DNA of 58,204 nucleotides from Octopus sinensis (GCF_006345805.1 NW_021833662.1:1-58204); one strand, 5' to 3'; positions 11,641 to 25,595 are shown, counted from the stretch's first letter. Notes: a model not told the origin generated them from the letters alone. Program-made: numbers and translations.

Positions 11641-12318
11641 TAAAAAGAATTAGTTATAAAAAAACATTGAATCATAGAATTCTTGCCCTAAAAAATAAAC
11701 AGAGAAATGAAAAGAACATTCCAGGCGTATTAAACAACTGTATACACACTTCCCCCACCCATATATTTCTTGAATTTATTATGCTTAATCGCATTTTCTT
11801 TATTCTGTTAAAGGAGGTTTACTTCTATTAGAAATCTTTCAGTTGGTGAGGACTGATATTCGGAAATATCTTGATATAATTCTTTTTAGAACCAGTGAAA
11901 CTTGGAACAAATAAAGCTATAAACATAAGTGTGTAAATATTGGGCTAAAATCTCTTGGGAAAAGAAAAAGTCGAAGGCTGTTCGCTCGTTCATTCGTTTT
12001 CTCGTCCGCCCCTTCCTTCCTTCCTCCCTCCTTTCATTCTTTCCTTCCTTCCTATCCCTTGATCATGTGGTCGTTGGGACATTTGCTCATGACGTTGCGC
12101 AGACGTGAAGAAACCAACGCCAGCTGTCAAGCTGACAGTGGGACAAACACAGACACAAAGACACAAACATGAACTCACGCGCACATATACAGCAATTGTG
12201 AATCTACCGTCAACAATTCAGGAAGAAATTGAACATTTATGAGGAGTTAATGTGGTAACTACAACTATTGTACTCTGACTTTGAACTTTCATTTATACCT
12301 ACCATCATAGCTGCATTA

Positions 12319-12461
12319 GGCACAATTGCTTCCAGGATCTTCCAGACATATATTACTGCATACCTCTCCCGTCTTCTCTCCAGGGAGTAGAGTCTTAGCT
12401 GTTTCAACCTTTCCCAGTAGCTGAGCTGTTGCAAAGAGACGATCTTCTTTGTGAATCTTCT
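12319..12461 (-). mobile_element. Isolated 143-bp internal fragment of the neighbouring CR1-group LINE
   Basis: Nearly identical to 13988-14130; encodes RRFTKKIVS.QQLSYWERLKQLRLYSLERRRERYAVIYVWKI. Confidence 0.9.
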
Positions 12462-12725
12462 ACGTACCTGCAAATTTACACAAAAAATAGAAATGCTAGC
12501 TTTTTCGAAGAAAGAACAAACGAAATTGACGCGCGTTCTCCAAATCCAGTGGAGATTTTGTAAGATTCTCCAACAGAGATTCTTTATATGAATAGATGCA
12601 CATCCTTCGTATATTTTCTCAACTGCATATTTACAAACACTAGAAACTCTATTAACTCAAAACGTCTTGTCGCTTTGTGACCAGGAGTAGCTTGAACACT
12701 CATAAGAAAACCCTAATCAAAATTC

Positions 12726-12771
<46 letters not shown>

Positions 12772-12862
12772 GCTTCCTGCTTCCATATTTCCTGAGCGCC
12801 TATTAATAATAATACTGTAATTGTTCCACGTGTTGTTGTTTTTTTGTTTTCCCGTTTGGATT

Positions 12863-12893
<31 letters not shown>

Positions 12894-13059
12894 CTTGAAA
12901 TGGATACGTGGAGTTCAATTAAATAATATTATAAATATTATATATATATGCCTTGAAAGACAGTTGGTCCCATAAATTCCATCCTTTTTCTCCCCTTCAC
13001 CGTTTTTTTTATTTCTCTCGTTTTATCTCTCTCTCACTTTCTCTCTCTCCCCTCTTTTT

Positions 13060-13530
13060 CTCTCTCTCATTGCTCACATGTGATCATCGTCCATCTTCCT
13101 TTTCCTCACGTGACCAGCTTTCTTTTCCTGCACGGAGTTCAAAGAACTGGACGTTTTCTCTTTCTCTCTTCTATCTTTTCTCTTATCAAAAAATATTTCT
13201 TCCGCCGTTCACTATTTTCCTCTCGTTCTGGTCTAACGACCGTCCATGTTTGTTTTTGTTCGGTTTCTTTGTATGTCTCCACTGTCCTGCTTTTGTTCCC
13301 AACTTTTACCTTCCATAAATCCTAAATTTTATTTCAGAATTCATGGGAGCAACTACTTTTCAAGAATCATATTGTCGCTGAATGCTCGAAACGAGGAATA
13401 GACAGACAGCCGACAACTGATGAAGGGTCGTTTCTTTGTGTTTATTTGACCTGTCTTCCATTTTTTCTTTCGTTGTTTCCGTATTTAACTCGTTTTTTTT
13501 CGTATTTCATGTTGTTTACACAGTTGGTGA
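13060..13530 (+). repeat. Unclassified interspersed repeat, copy 1
   Basis: Collinear with 46380-46830 (CTCATTGCTCACA.GTGA.CATCGTCCA ... GGGAGCAAC ... CGACAACTGATGAAGGGTCGT). Confidence 0.7.
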
Positions 13531-13557
13531 AATCATGTACTCATATATGTATGTATG

Positions 13558-13605
<48 letters not shown>

Positions 13606-13665
13606 TTTCTAGTTTCAGCTCAGAGCTGCGGCCATGCTGATGCACCGCCGTTTTGTGCTACACTG

Positions 13666-15018
13666 TTATTGCGAAGAACCTCGTCTAATATGTGGCACTT
13701 GGTGAAGAATGGAGTTTGATATAGCTACTCTCATTTGCACCTCTTGCCGTGAGGTAGGTTCATCTGGGACTCTTGACAGGAAGATGTCCAGCTTTGATTT
13801 AAAAACCGCTACATCTACTTTGTGCAAGTTCCTCAGACTCTTTGGGAGAATATTAAAAAGCTGTGGGTCCTTGAAACCCAGGCTGTTGCAAAAGCTGGTC
13901 CTGAAGCGTGATGGTATTGCTGGGATCTTTGGCACCATGCAGTGTCGTCCCGTTCTAGCATTGGTGTAGCTTACAATGCCAAAATTTGGCACAATTTCTT
14001 CCATGATCTTCCAGACATATATTACTGCATACCTCTCCCGTCTTCTCTCCAGGGAGTAGAGTCTTAACTGTTTCAACCTTTCCCAGTAGCTGAGCTGTTG
14101 CGAAGAGACGATCTTCTTTGTGAATCTTCTCTGGATTGCTTCAAGGTCCGCTGTTAATTTTACACTGGTGGGTGACCATAGCTGTGAGCAGTAATCCAGG
14201 CGGCTGAGGACGAATATCCGCCAGAGGACCATCATGGTTTCCTTATCTCTGGTTCTGAATATTCTTAGGATCCACCCAGCCAGTCGTCTGCACTTTGTTG
14301 CCATCCTGGTAATGTGCACTTGGAAAGAGGTATCATCACTCATGTCGATACCAAGGTCCCTCACAGACTTAGGCTCTGAGATTGAAATTCCCTCTGGACC
14401 GGTGTATCCTGTAAGTTTAATATTCAGTTTTGGATGCTGGTAGCGCAGGGCCTGGAATTTTTCAGCATTAAACTGCATATTATTATCCTCAGCCCATCTG
14501 TAGATTGAGTCCAACTCCTGCTGCAGGTGTGGAACATCGCTGGGGTTCTGTATTTTCTGCGAGACTTTCGTATCGTCTGCATAGCTGGCCAGAGTGGCTA
14601 TCCGGGCATTTGAGGGCATATCTGAGAGGGCCACTATAAAAAGCAGTGGTCCAAAGACAGTGCCCTGTGGAACACCGCTCACTATTTGTGTGTTCATAGA
14701 GGTGGCTCCATTAACCACTACTGCCTGACTCCTATCTTTCAGGAAGTCATGTAACCACACGCCAAGTTTTCCAGCTATGCCGAGGTCACGCAATTTGTGG
14801 CATATCATACCATGATCCACCTTGTCAAAAGCTTTTGCAAAATCAAGGTAGATTACGTCCACATTTGATTTGTTGAGTAACTGCCTCAACATCCAGTCAT
14901 AATGTTGTAAGAGCTGGGTCAGGCAGCTCCTACCTGGTCGAAAACCATGCTGGGTATTACTCAGCAAGTTATTTTCCTCAAGGAATGCGATTAGTTTCTT
15001 TCTAACTATCCGTTCCAT
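13666..15018 (-). pseudogene. LINE ORF2 reverse transcriptase, C-terminal part
   Basis: QHGFRPGRSC, YLDFAKAFDKVDH, SGVPQGTVFGPLLF, YADDTK, RDLGI, LDYCSQLWSP. Confidence 0.95.
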
Positions 15019-15293
15019 GACTTTGCTGATGTGTGAAGTCAGAGAGATAGGCCTATAGTTTTTGGCATCTGCTCTACTTCCCCCTTTATGTATTGGGCAT
15101 ATTATTCCCTCCTTCAGCTTGCTTGGCAGTTTGCCATTCGCAAGAAGCTCTGGAAGAGAATCTTGAGGGGTTTTGCCAGGGCATGCTTACACGCTTTGAG
15201 GAGGATGGCTGGGAAACCATCTGGACCATCAGCTGAGTTTGTGTCCACTTCATCTATGGCTAGTAGGACATCTTTTTCGCTAATGTCAATACA

Positions 15294-15800
15294 TTATATT
15301 GTAATCTCCTCGCTGGTTATAGGTGAGGCGGCAAAGAAGTCCACTGGTTCGTTCACTTGTCTGTGTTCCAACGGGGTGGTAAAGACACTTTTGAACTGGT
15401 CATTCAGCATCTCACTGATCTTAGTTGGACTGTCTGTGAGGGAGCCATCCTTTTGGAGGAGGGGTCCTATCTTGTAGTGCACTGAGACTGTTTCTTTCGC
15501 GTAATGAAAGAAGGCCTTTGGGTTTGATTTAATGTTTTTTATAACCCAGGCTTCTTTGTCTGCTTTCTCCTTCACATAGGATTGTTTCAGCCTTTTTTCG
15601 ATCTCCATCAGTGTTGTTTCTAGGCGGGACGTTTCGCTACTTTTGGGATGTTGGTTGAGACGATTTGCAACCTTCGTCCGTCGTCTCATGAGGATCTTCC
15701 TGTCTCTTGGAATCTTGCTCCTATTTGTTTTGGCCTTGTGCTCTGGGACATATTTCTGGCATACGGCTTGCACAGAAGACATGAAACATTCTAGTTTCAT
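15294..15800 (-). pseudogene. LINE ORF2 linker fragment
   Basis: NIKSNPKAFFHYAK..IGPL..MLNDQFKSVFT is typical of the CR1-group EN-RT linker. Confidence 0.85.
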
Positions 15801-15911
15801 GTCAATGTCTGGTGTGGAGAGACATTCCGGCCAGTCCTCTCTGAGGATCTCTTTTTGGATCGATTTCCAATCTGCTTTGTGGAAGTTTAGATTAGAGAGA
15901 TTTCGGGTGCT

Positions 15912-16985
15912 TCATTTAGGTTGTAGGTCTCTTGTTACTTTTGGCCCAAACATAGACAGCTCTATTATGTTGTGATCCGAAACTGATGTCGGTGTCACTT
16001 TCACATCATGAATGATGTCCATATTGTTCGTGAAGCAGAGATCCAGAATGTTATTCGCCCTAGTTGGCTTGAGTACAACTTGCTCCACGAATAAGGCATT
16101 GGTGAGGTTGAGCAGGGACTCCACCTGTACTTGCTTGCAATGATTCATTCCTGAGAGTACGTGACCTTCGGGCCATTTGACGTTGGGGAAGTTGAAATCA
16201 CCCATAAGAAATATGGTCACGTAATGTTCCAGATTCATGAGGATTTCTTTAATTCTTGTGAGGCAATCTTCAAACTTGCCTGTGTGATTTGGGGCATCCG
16301 GTGGGCAATATGTATTGCATATGACTATATTATGTTGTCTTATGTATACGATTAAAGTGTCACATACCGAATTTGAGTATGTCATTAATACCTGGGGTGT
16401 GAGGTCATCTCGGATGTATACAGCAACTCCACCATGGCTCCTTTCCCTTCTGTCTGTTCGCAGTATGGCATAGTTTGGTATGTGTACTTCTGCGTCCTCT
16501 ATATCAAGGTTGAGGTGAGTTTCCACAAGTGCTATAGATAGGGTTTGATTGCATGCAGTAAGATCTCTCAGAAAAGAAATTTTGTTTCTATTTTGATGCA
16601 ACAGGCCCCCAATATTTAGTAAAAGTATTGGGGTGACGGCTGTGCAGGCGTTAGGGGAGGCCATCCCGTGTCTGTTAACTATTGTGGTCTTGCATAGTGG
16701 TGGGCAGGGTTCCTTCTCTGTGCTTGGCGTAGCCAGGTTAGCTGTCGGACAATTCTTTGCGCCATGCATAAAAAAGACTTGCTCAGCTGCTGCGTTGCGC
16801 AGAACATCTGAGGAGCGCACTTCGTTTTTGAAAGTTTTCCAAGGAGACATTTTTTGTGTTCCCTCGGTAAAGCTTCTTTCTTTGAGTCCCCTGAACTTCT
16901 GGCGGGGTGTCGGGTGGGAAAACCGGCAGTTTTTGCCGTCCTCACCATGCCAACATTTGCCCTGCAGGTAGAATTTACAGGTTCT
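15912..16985 (-). pseudogene. LINE apurinic-type endonuclease preceded in frame by a CCCH zinc finger
   Basis: LLNIGGL, ETHL, RTDR..HGGVAVY, MGDFNFP, PTRANNILDLCF, SDHNII. Upstream in the same frame: CKFYLQGKCWHGEDGKNCRFSH. Confidence 0.88.
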
Positions 16986-17165
16986 TCGGTGCCTTCAAGA
17001 TTTCTTCTTTCCTGAAGTGTATTGGGTTGCATTGGATCCTCCATGGGGTTCTCTGCTGTTTGTGTGGTGGGTTGGGGTTTCAGCTTTGGTTGTTTTGCCT
17101 TTTCCTCCTTTTCCTCCTTATTTTTGTTTTCGGTCCTTCCTTTTTTCTTCTGTTTTTCTAATTTT

Positions 17166-17561
17166 TCATTTCTTTGTAGGTACAGGGGAGCTTCCGGTTT
17201 CTGCTCCCTTGGCTCCCCTATCTTTCACTACATGGTCGTTCACCGGGGTAGGTGATCCATTTTCCTGAGGAACCCCTGGATCACAGAGACTTCCGGCTTC
17301 CTTCTCTTTTTCGTCCTCTTCATCCTCATCAGCCTTGCCACAATAATTTTCAATTATGTGATCCAGTGTTTTGATGTGTGGTCTTATAAGCATGTAAGAC
17401 CTGATAAATTCGCCTTTTTTCCGTTCTATTTGGTCAATTGTTCTATGAAATCCATTGTTCTTTAGTGCGGCAGTGATGATGTTGTTCGGCGGATCGCCAC
17501 TAGCAATTATCCATGCTCTTAGCAGAAAATCTAACTCTTTCTTTTCCCACCTTGGTGCCAT
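17166..17561 (-). pseudogene. LINE ORF1 N-terminus with a Myb/SANT-like (trihelix) domain
   Basis: MAPRWEKKELDFLLRAW...IITAALKNNGFHRTIDQIERK followed by an acidic tract. Family assignment by motif recall. Confidence 0.55.
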
Positions 17562-17579
17562 CTTCGTTTTGAAGTCCAG

Positions 17580-18220
17580 AGGGGGAGTAGAGGCTACAGA
17601 GGTAATGAGGGATAGAGAGAGGTAGAGACGGAGAAACACAGAGGGGGGAAATAGGGAAAGAGAGAGGGAGATAGGAAGGAAAGAGGGAGGTGCTATGAAA
17701 GAAATCGAGAGGGTGATAGGAGGAAAGCAAGGGGGTGTGGTGTGTCAAAGATATAGAGGAAGGTAGGGGAGGGGGAAGAGGAGGGGAATAGAAGAAGAGT
17801 GAAGGAGAAGAGGGGAAGAGAAAGAGAGGCAGAGTGAAGGAGAGGAGGGGAAGAGAAAGAGAAAACAGAGGGAGGGAGAGGATAGCAAGAGAAAGAGAAA
17901 CAGAGTGAAGGAGAGACAGGATGAAGGATGTGAGAGAGAGGGAGAGACGGAGTGAGAAGAATGGGAGAATGAGAAGTATATGAGAGAGGGTGAGGTGACG
18001 AGAGGAGAGGTAGATGTGAGATGGAAAGGAAAGAGAAATGAGAGAAGAGAAGGATATGAAAGGGAGGAGGAGAGATGAGAAAAAGAGTAAGAAATGCAAG
18101 AGAGAGGGAAAGGGTAAGCGTAAAGAGAGATAAAGGAAGGGAGAAAGGAGCTAGAAGTGGGGGAATATATTTAAGGGAGGAGAGAGGAGGTAGAAGAAAA
18201 TGAGGAAATGAAAGAATTAT
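17580..18220. repeat. ~640-bp purine-rich (GA) low-complexity tract
   Basis: Strongly G/A-biased on +; it produces the spurious L/S/P-rich ORF 17500-18099. Confidence 0.85.
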
Positions 18221-18819
18221 TTAATTCTAAACTAATTACAGGAAAATAAACATATGAAAAGAATTTTTAAATGTTGGTTTTATAGAGATGACATTAAAGG
18301 TAGATTGAAAGCGAAACAGAAATTGAAAGAAAGTTATTCTCAGAATGTAAAAAAAGATGGCGTTGTAAATCGTAACTGAGATGTTAGCTTATATTAAAGG
18401 AAAATAAAAGAATAATAAACAAACTGGAAGCGATACTTATCGTAAAAGGTACAGTCCAAACCCTCGTGCTTGTACGAAGAAGTTTTCTTTCACAACAGAA
18501 AAGAAAACAATTCTTTTTCCTTCTTACATTTGGCCTGAGATAAATTAAAGTCTTGCCACCACGTGCTTTCTCGGCGAAGAATCTAGCATGCGTAACTAAC
18601 TTTACTGTATTATATTTGGCTTTAAGCGAAATATATTACGTTTTTAATTAATATATTTTTAATTAATGTATTTTAGTAGATTTTATGAGTTAACAAGTTC
18701 TACGTTTTGTTACTTTTAGTAGATTATTTCGTCGATTTATGCAAACCTTTTTGTTTTTTCACAGAGCAAAAGCAAACACGTCTTTCCTCTACGAAAACCG
18801 GAAGTCATATATATATATA

Positions 18820-19000
18820 TATACAGTTGGAATTTACAAAAAAATTACAAAAAACAAAAGACGAAGACAGATGTGTAAACAACAAACATATGTATTAGTT
18901 TAACGCTCGGGAAGTGAGAAAGTCTTTTACGTATCGAGCCTGCGCTCTTCAACAGAAAGGAATACAGAAATAAGCAGAGAGAAAATAAAGAAAGTTTTGT
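18820..19000 (-). mobile_element. pLTR-like repeat with degenerate HHR at 18924-18959
   Basis: CTTT-CTGTTGA-A-GAGC GCAG GCTC-GATACGTA-AAAG; same family as 3620-4058. Confidence 0.6.
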
Positions 19001-19548
19001 GGCTAGCGATCAATCATGTGTATGTGTGTGTGTGTGTGCATGGGTATGTGTGTGTTTGTGTATACACACACATATATTTTTATATATTTGAACATTTTCC
19101 TATTCCTTTGCGTTACTCATATTTTCTGTCTGTAGTCGCAAGGCTTTTTTTCCGTTGTATAATTATTATAAATAATTTTGTTAGTCGTGTTTGTTTATGT
19201 TATTGTCCTGTACGTTCGTTAGATATTCCCAATGGCTTTTTGCAACTGGCGCCAACAAGAGGGATTAGCTACGAATTTTCCGTTTGTTATGGTTTTGTCA
19301 AATTTACCATTTCGAATGTCATTAAAAATTAGAATAATTTATTGCCAGTGTTCGCATGCGTAATAAAAGTCATAAGACAACATATTTTTATATATAAGAG
19401 TGTATAAAGGTTTATACACAAAGAGAAAATCATTGATAGGACTTCTTACATGCTAAAAAGGGCAGTTAAATCCCAACCACCAAAAAAAATCATTCTAAAG
19501 GTACGCCGATAATGGCACTAGAATGAAAGGAATTATTATTTTTAGATA

Positions 19549-19618
19549 ATCCCATACGCGAGTTTCCCTATTAATAAGCAAATAAATTAATTTGCCATCC
19601 GTAGTTCATCAGTGGGAT
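19549..19618 (-). ncRNA. Type I hammerhead ribozyme
   Basis: ATCCCA-CTGATGA-A CTA..GGCAAAT/ATTTGCT..TAG G-GAAAC TCGC GTA^TGGGAT, with a perfect 6-bp stem I. Confidence 0.8.
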
Positions 19619-19974
19619 CGCTCAAAAATGCATAATTATGTAGCTTTATGCATACCGAAAAAACCTGTGTCATGGGTCTTCTCTTTGCGTATAAATCTTT
19701 AAACAGTCTTATGTATGAAAATATGTTGTCTTATGATTTGTATTACGCATGCGAACCACTGGTAATAAATTATTCTAATTGTTTACCCTTTATGATTTAC
19801 ACAGTAAAAATTCCCTATTCTGAAGCTAATAGTACACTGCATAAAATTTATTATTTGCTGCTCGCTATGTGGATGCGCTTGCGCACTTGACTTGAATCCA
19901 TAATGAATAAGGATGCAGCTCACACGTGTTTTTCCGGTACGTATTAAGCTACATAATTAAGCATTGTTTTAGCG

Positions 19975-20045
19975 ATCCCACTGATGAACTACGGATGACA
20001 AATTCATATAATTTGCTCTTTAATAGGGAAACCAGAGTATGAGAT
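19975..20045 (+). ncRNA. Type I hammerhead ribozyme (mirror arm)
   Basis: ATCCCA-CTGATGA-...-GAAAC CAGA GTA^TGAGAT, with one stem I mismatch. Confidence 0.7.
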
Positions 20046-20149
20046 TAACTAAAAATAATAATTGCTTTCATGCTAGTGCCATTATCGGCGTGTCGATAGA
20101 ATTAATTTATCGTGGACTGGATTTAACTGACCTATTTGTATCAACGCAC

Positions 20150-21260
20150 TATAGAAGCAGGTAGTAATTTTCCCTTGTACTTATTGTTAGTGCAAGTTTT
20201 GAATAGTGCAGTACGATTTTAACAGCTATATATTCAAAACTATAATAGAAGTGACAAAGGAGCATATTCGGCTTATTTTGCTTTATGAGTTCAATAAAGG
20301 CAACAACGCAATGGTACGTGCGAGGAATATTAATGTAGTAAATGAGTATCAGACAATAAGAGTAAGCCAATGTCAACGGTGGTTCCAGAAATTACGAGCC
20401 GGAAATTATAGCCTTCAAGACAAGCCTCATCCTGGAAGATCTGTAGAGCTCGACGAGGACGTGCTACAAACCCTTTGTGGAACAATATTACATCGTAACC
20501 GTTGAGGAACTAGGAGAGCCATGAATTTGGTCATTCAACCATTCGTCGACAGATGCATGCCATATCAGCAAATTGGGTCAATGGATTCCTCACAAACTTT
20601 CCGAGTCTGATCGCGTACAGAAAGTGAATGTGTGTTCTTTGCTGTCACGTCTCACGAATGTGCCTTTTTTCGACCAAACAGTGACTGGTGACGAGAAATT
20701 GGTTCTTTATAAAAATGTCAATCGCCGAAGATAGTGGATAGGGAAAGGAGAAATACTGGCACCCCAGGTGAAAGGTCTTCACCCACATAAGGTGTTGTTT
20801 TTGTTTGGTGGGATATGAAAGGTTTAATCCACTTTGACCTTTTAAACTCAAACCAAACGATAATAAAGGACATCTACTGCGAGCAGCTTGAGCGGCCTAA
20901 GTCAGCGCTAGAAGAAAAACGACCATCTTTGGTTTCAAGACGAAAGGTGTTCTTCCATCAGGATAATGCTCGGCCAAATGCAACGAGGATGACATTCGAA
21001 AAGCTGGAGCAGCTTGAATAGGAAACGATGTCCCACCGACCATATTCGCCGGACATTGACTCATCTGATTACCACTTATTCCGCAGTCTTCAAAATCATT
21101 TGGATAGAAAAACTATGAATTCTGGAGATGAGGTCAGAACAGTACTGAAGGAGTATCTTTCGTTACGGAAAAGTGCATTTTGGAAGAGGGATTAAAAGAG
21201 CATAGTAGAGAATGAAGGAGAGTATATCTTAGATTAAAAAAAGATTTGTGTTTATCTTAC
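20150..21260 (+). mobile_element. Decayed mariner transposon (second family)
   Basis: EVTKEHIRLILLYEFNKG, QRWFQKLRAGNYSL, WIPHKLSE, VTGDEK, FHQDNARP, PYSPDIDSSDYHLF, with stops and frameshifts. Confidence 0.92.
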
Positions 21261-21493
21261 ACATGCATATATATATGGAGCGTATAAAGATTAAACTTGC
21301 TTAGTAACACACATTTTAGATAAAAGATATGCTGGCCACAAGAGGAACGCCTCCCAACGTAGTTCTTTTCAGTTATTACAAACCTAGAGCTGTAACAAAC
21401 AACACACACACACACACACATTCACATACACACAAACAACACATTCACACTACAGACCGTATATACATATATATATGCATGCATATATATATA

Positions 21494-21555
<62 letters not shown>

Positions 21556-21984
21556 TATATATACATATATATACATACAAACTAATTCCAGGCCACGGCA
21601 GGCAGAGAGGTTACATTTGAGGCCGAGAATTTGAACTTACGGAGACAATATTTACATATTGCCCGAGGAAACCAGATCTCACAATGCCGGGTAACAGTTG
21701 CATAATCAAGTACCTGCACGCCTGGAGAACTACGTTGCGTAGAAACAATTTGTTTGAAAATAACTGTCCAACCGTACTCCTTGTTGACTCCAAATGTCTT
21801 TTAATTATCTATTCACACACGACAGAACCCCAAGCGCAATCCTAGAAGTGCGTATAATACTACCACTAGATAGCACAGGGTGGAATATGAAGGTGGACGA
21901 GCTTTATAGTGTACTTTACAATGTTCTTGACGGAATATACTATAATTATATATATATGTATATATAGCTATGTGTGATTGTCTT

Positions 21985-22198
21985 CGTGTCTGTCTTTCTC
22001 CTGCCACCATCGCTTGACAACCGATGTTGGTGTGTTTTACGTCTCCGAAACTTACCGGTGCGGCGAAAGAGAACAATAGAATAAGTACCAGGCTTAAGAG
22101 ATAAGGTCAGGAGTCAATTTGTTCGACTAAAACCCTTTTAGACGTTGCTCGAGCATGGCCGCAGTCAAATGGCTGAAACATGTAAAAGAATAAAAGAA
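21985..22198 (+). mobile_element. SINE family A 3' half
   Basis: CCACCATCGCTTGACAACCGATGTTGGTGTG...GCATGGCCGCAGTCAAATGGCTGAAACATGTAAAAG. Confidence 0.8.
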
Positions 22199-22435
22199 CA
22201 CACACATATGTATATATATATATATATATAATATATATATATATTATATATATATATAATATATATATATATATATTCAAGTGTGATGCTTGCCGTCATC
22301 CAGGCGACTAGCATCACGCTTGAAACACAAGAGTACCAACGAATTTGAATCAAGCTGTTTTGATCCATACATGTAACTCCTAATCAATTTGTTGAGTACT
22401 CTTCTTTCCTTGTCCACTCACTCGTATATATATAC

Positions 22436-24228
<1,793 letters not shown>

Positions 24229-25284
24229 AGTATATATTTTGTATTTTTGATTTTGATTTTGACTCTTGAACGATGAGTGCTACGATGGATTTTGATTTTG
24301 TTTTTGTTTCCAAGCTATGCGGATCTTAATCCGTATAGCAAAATCTTATGTTTCTACATATATATTAGGAAAAACCTACAAACTTTGTTTTCATGTTATT
24401 GTATTGCATAGGATTACCTTGATTATTTATATTACCTTGATTATTTATAAATGACCCAAAATAGGATGTTATATTTTATTTTATATGTCTTCGTATATAT
24501 TTTTATTAATGCACCCATTTTTAAAAGCAATGTTTTTTTTTAAAAAAAGCAATGTTGTCAAAATTAGAATGTTTATATAAGTATGTGTATAGCAAAGCAT
24601 ATGTATTTGTAAGCATGCGTATCTGTGTATGTGTAAGTGAAAGTATGTTTGTGCTTAAGCACACATATACACGACTGTATGTATGTGTATCCATTCAAAC
24701 TTGTGTATGTATACTGGTCTTTATATATGTCAATAATACCGTTACACTGCTTGTATACATAATTTTTTCTTATTTCGTTTTTTCCCCACCCCTCCTTCGT
24801 TCCTTTTTCTCTCTCTCCCTTTCTTTCGTTTCCCCTCCTTGCTCAGTATATGAGAATTGCTACATAGATAAATTTTAGCTTGCGTACGAGACGGTTTGCG
24901 TGAATATATGTACACATGCTTTTATGTGTATATTTAGATCTATATTCATACGTCTGTGTATGTATGGCGTTTACGCGCATCCTTTTGTGTATGTTGATAT
25001 ATATATGTAGATTTTAATATAAATATGTATTGCAGTATTTATAACAGGTTTAATTTCTATGCATTAATTTGCACTGTCTTCATTAACGTCAATAGGTTTT
25101 TTCCTCGGATTTTATAATTCTTATAAGTTTTTTATATATATATACATATATTTTTGACCTTTTTGTTTATCGCTCGAAGATTGACCGTTTTTTCTAAAGG
25201 GCCAATCAAACAAGTCCATTTCTTTTTAAAGGTGTAGCGTTTGTAAGAGTATAGATTGAGTTGATATATCAGTTCCATTCTAGC

Positions 25285-25332
25285 AAAAACTGTCTGATGA
25301 ACGGCAACGAGAAACTCAGAGTAACAGATTTT
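25285..25332 (+). ncRNA. Type I hammerhead ribozyme at the PLE 3' end
   Basis: AAAAACTGT-CTGATGA-ACG GCAA CGA-GAAACTCAGAGTA^ACAGATTTT. Homologous to 9022-9067, with two pairing mismatches. Confidence 0.8.
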
Positions 25333-25359
25333 GTTGAATTTTCTGCTGCTTAAAATAAA

Positions 25360-25436
<77 letters not shown>

Positions 25437-25559
25437 GTATATATATATATACATATGTATATATATATAAGTGGCGAAAACATTTCTTTTGAATTTTTTG
25501 CTACCCTGATATTGATTTATATATATATATATATATATAATAAATAATATATATATACA

Positions 25560-25595
<36 letters not shown>

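Larger units (their letters stand above)
13588..17640 (-). mobile_element. Near full-length CR1-group non-LTR retrotransposon with poly(A) tail, frameshifted
   Basis: Order on - is ORF1, CCCH finger, APE endonuclease, RT, short 3'UTR, then poly(A) (T-run 13588-13608) next to (TA)n. The 5'UTR may extend past 17640. Confidence 0.92.
19451..20141. mobile_element. Fold-back element with ~220-bp diverged inverted arms, each carrying an HHR
   Basis: 19451-19670 is the approximate reverse complement of 19920-20141, around a ~250-bp non-coding spacer. Confidence 0.85.

Noticed and set aside
15088-15975. Plus-strand ORFs overlapping the LINE
   Set aside because: Antisense shadows of ORF2 with no independent motifs.
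21590-21935. GC-richer island as a coding exon
   Set aside because: No recognisable protein motif or clear splice pair; left unassigned.
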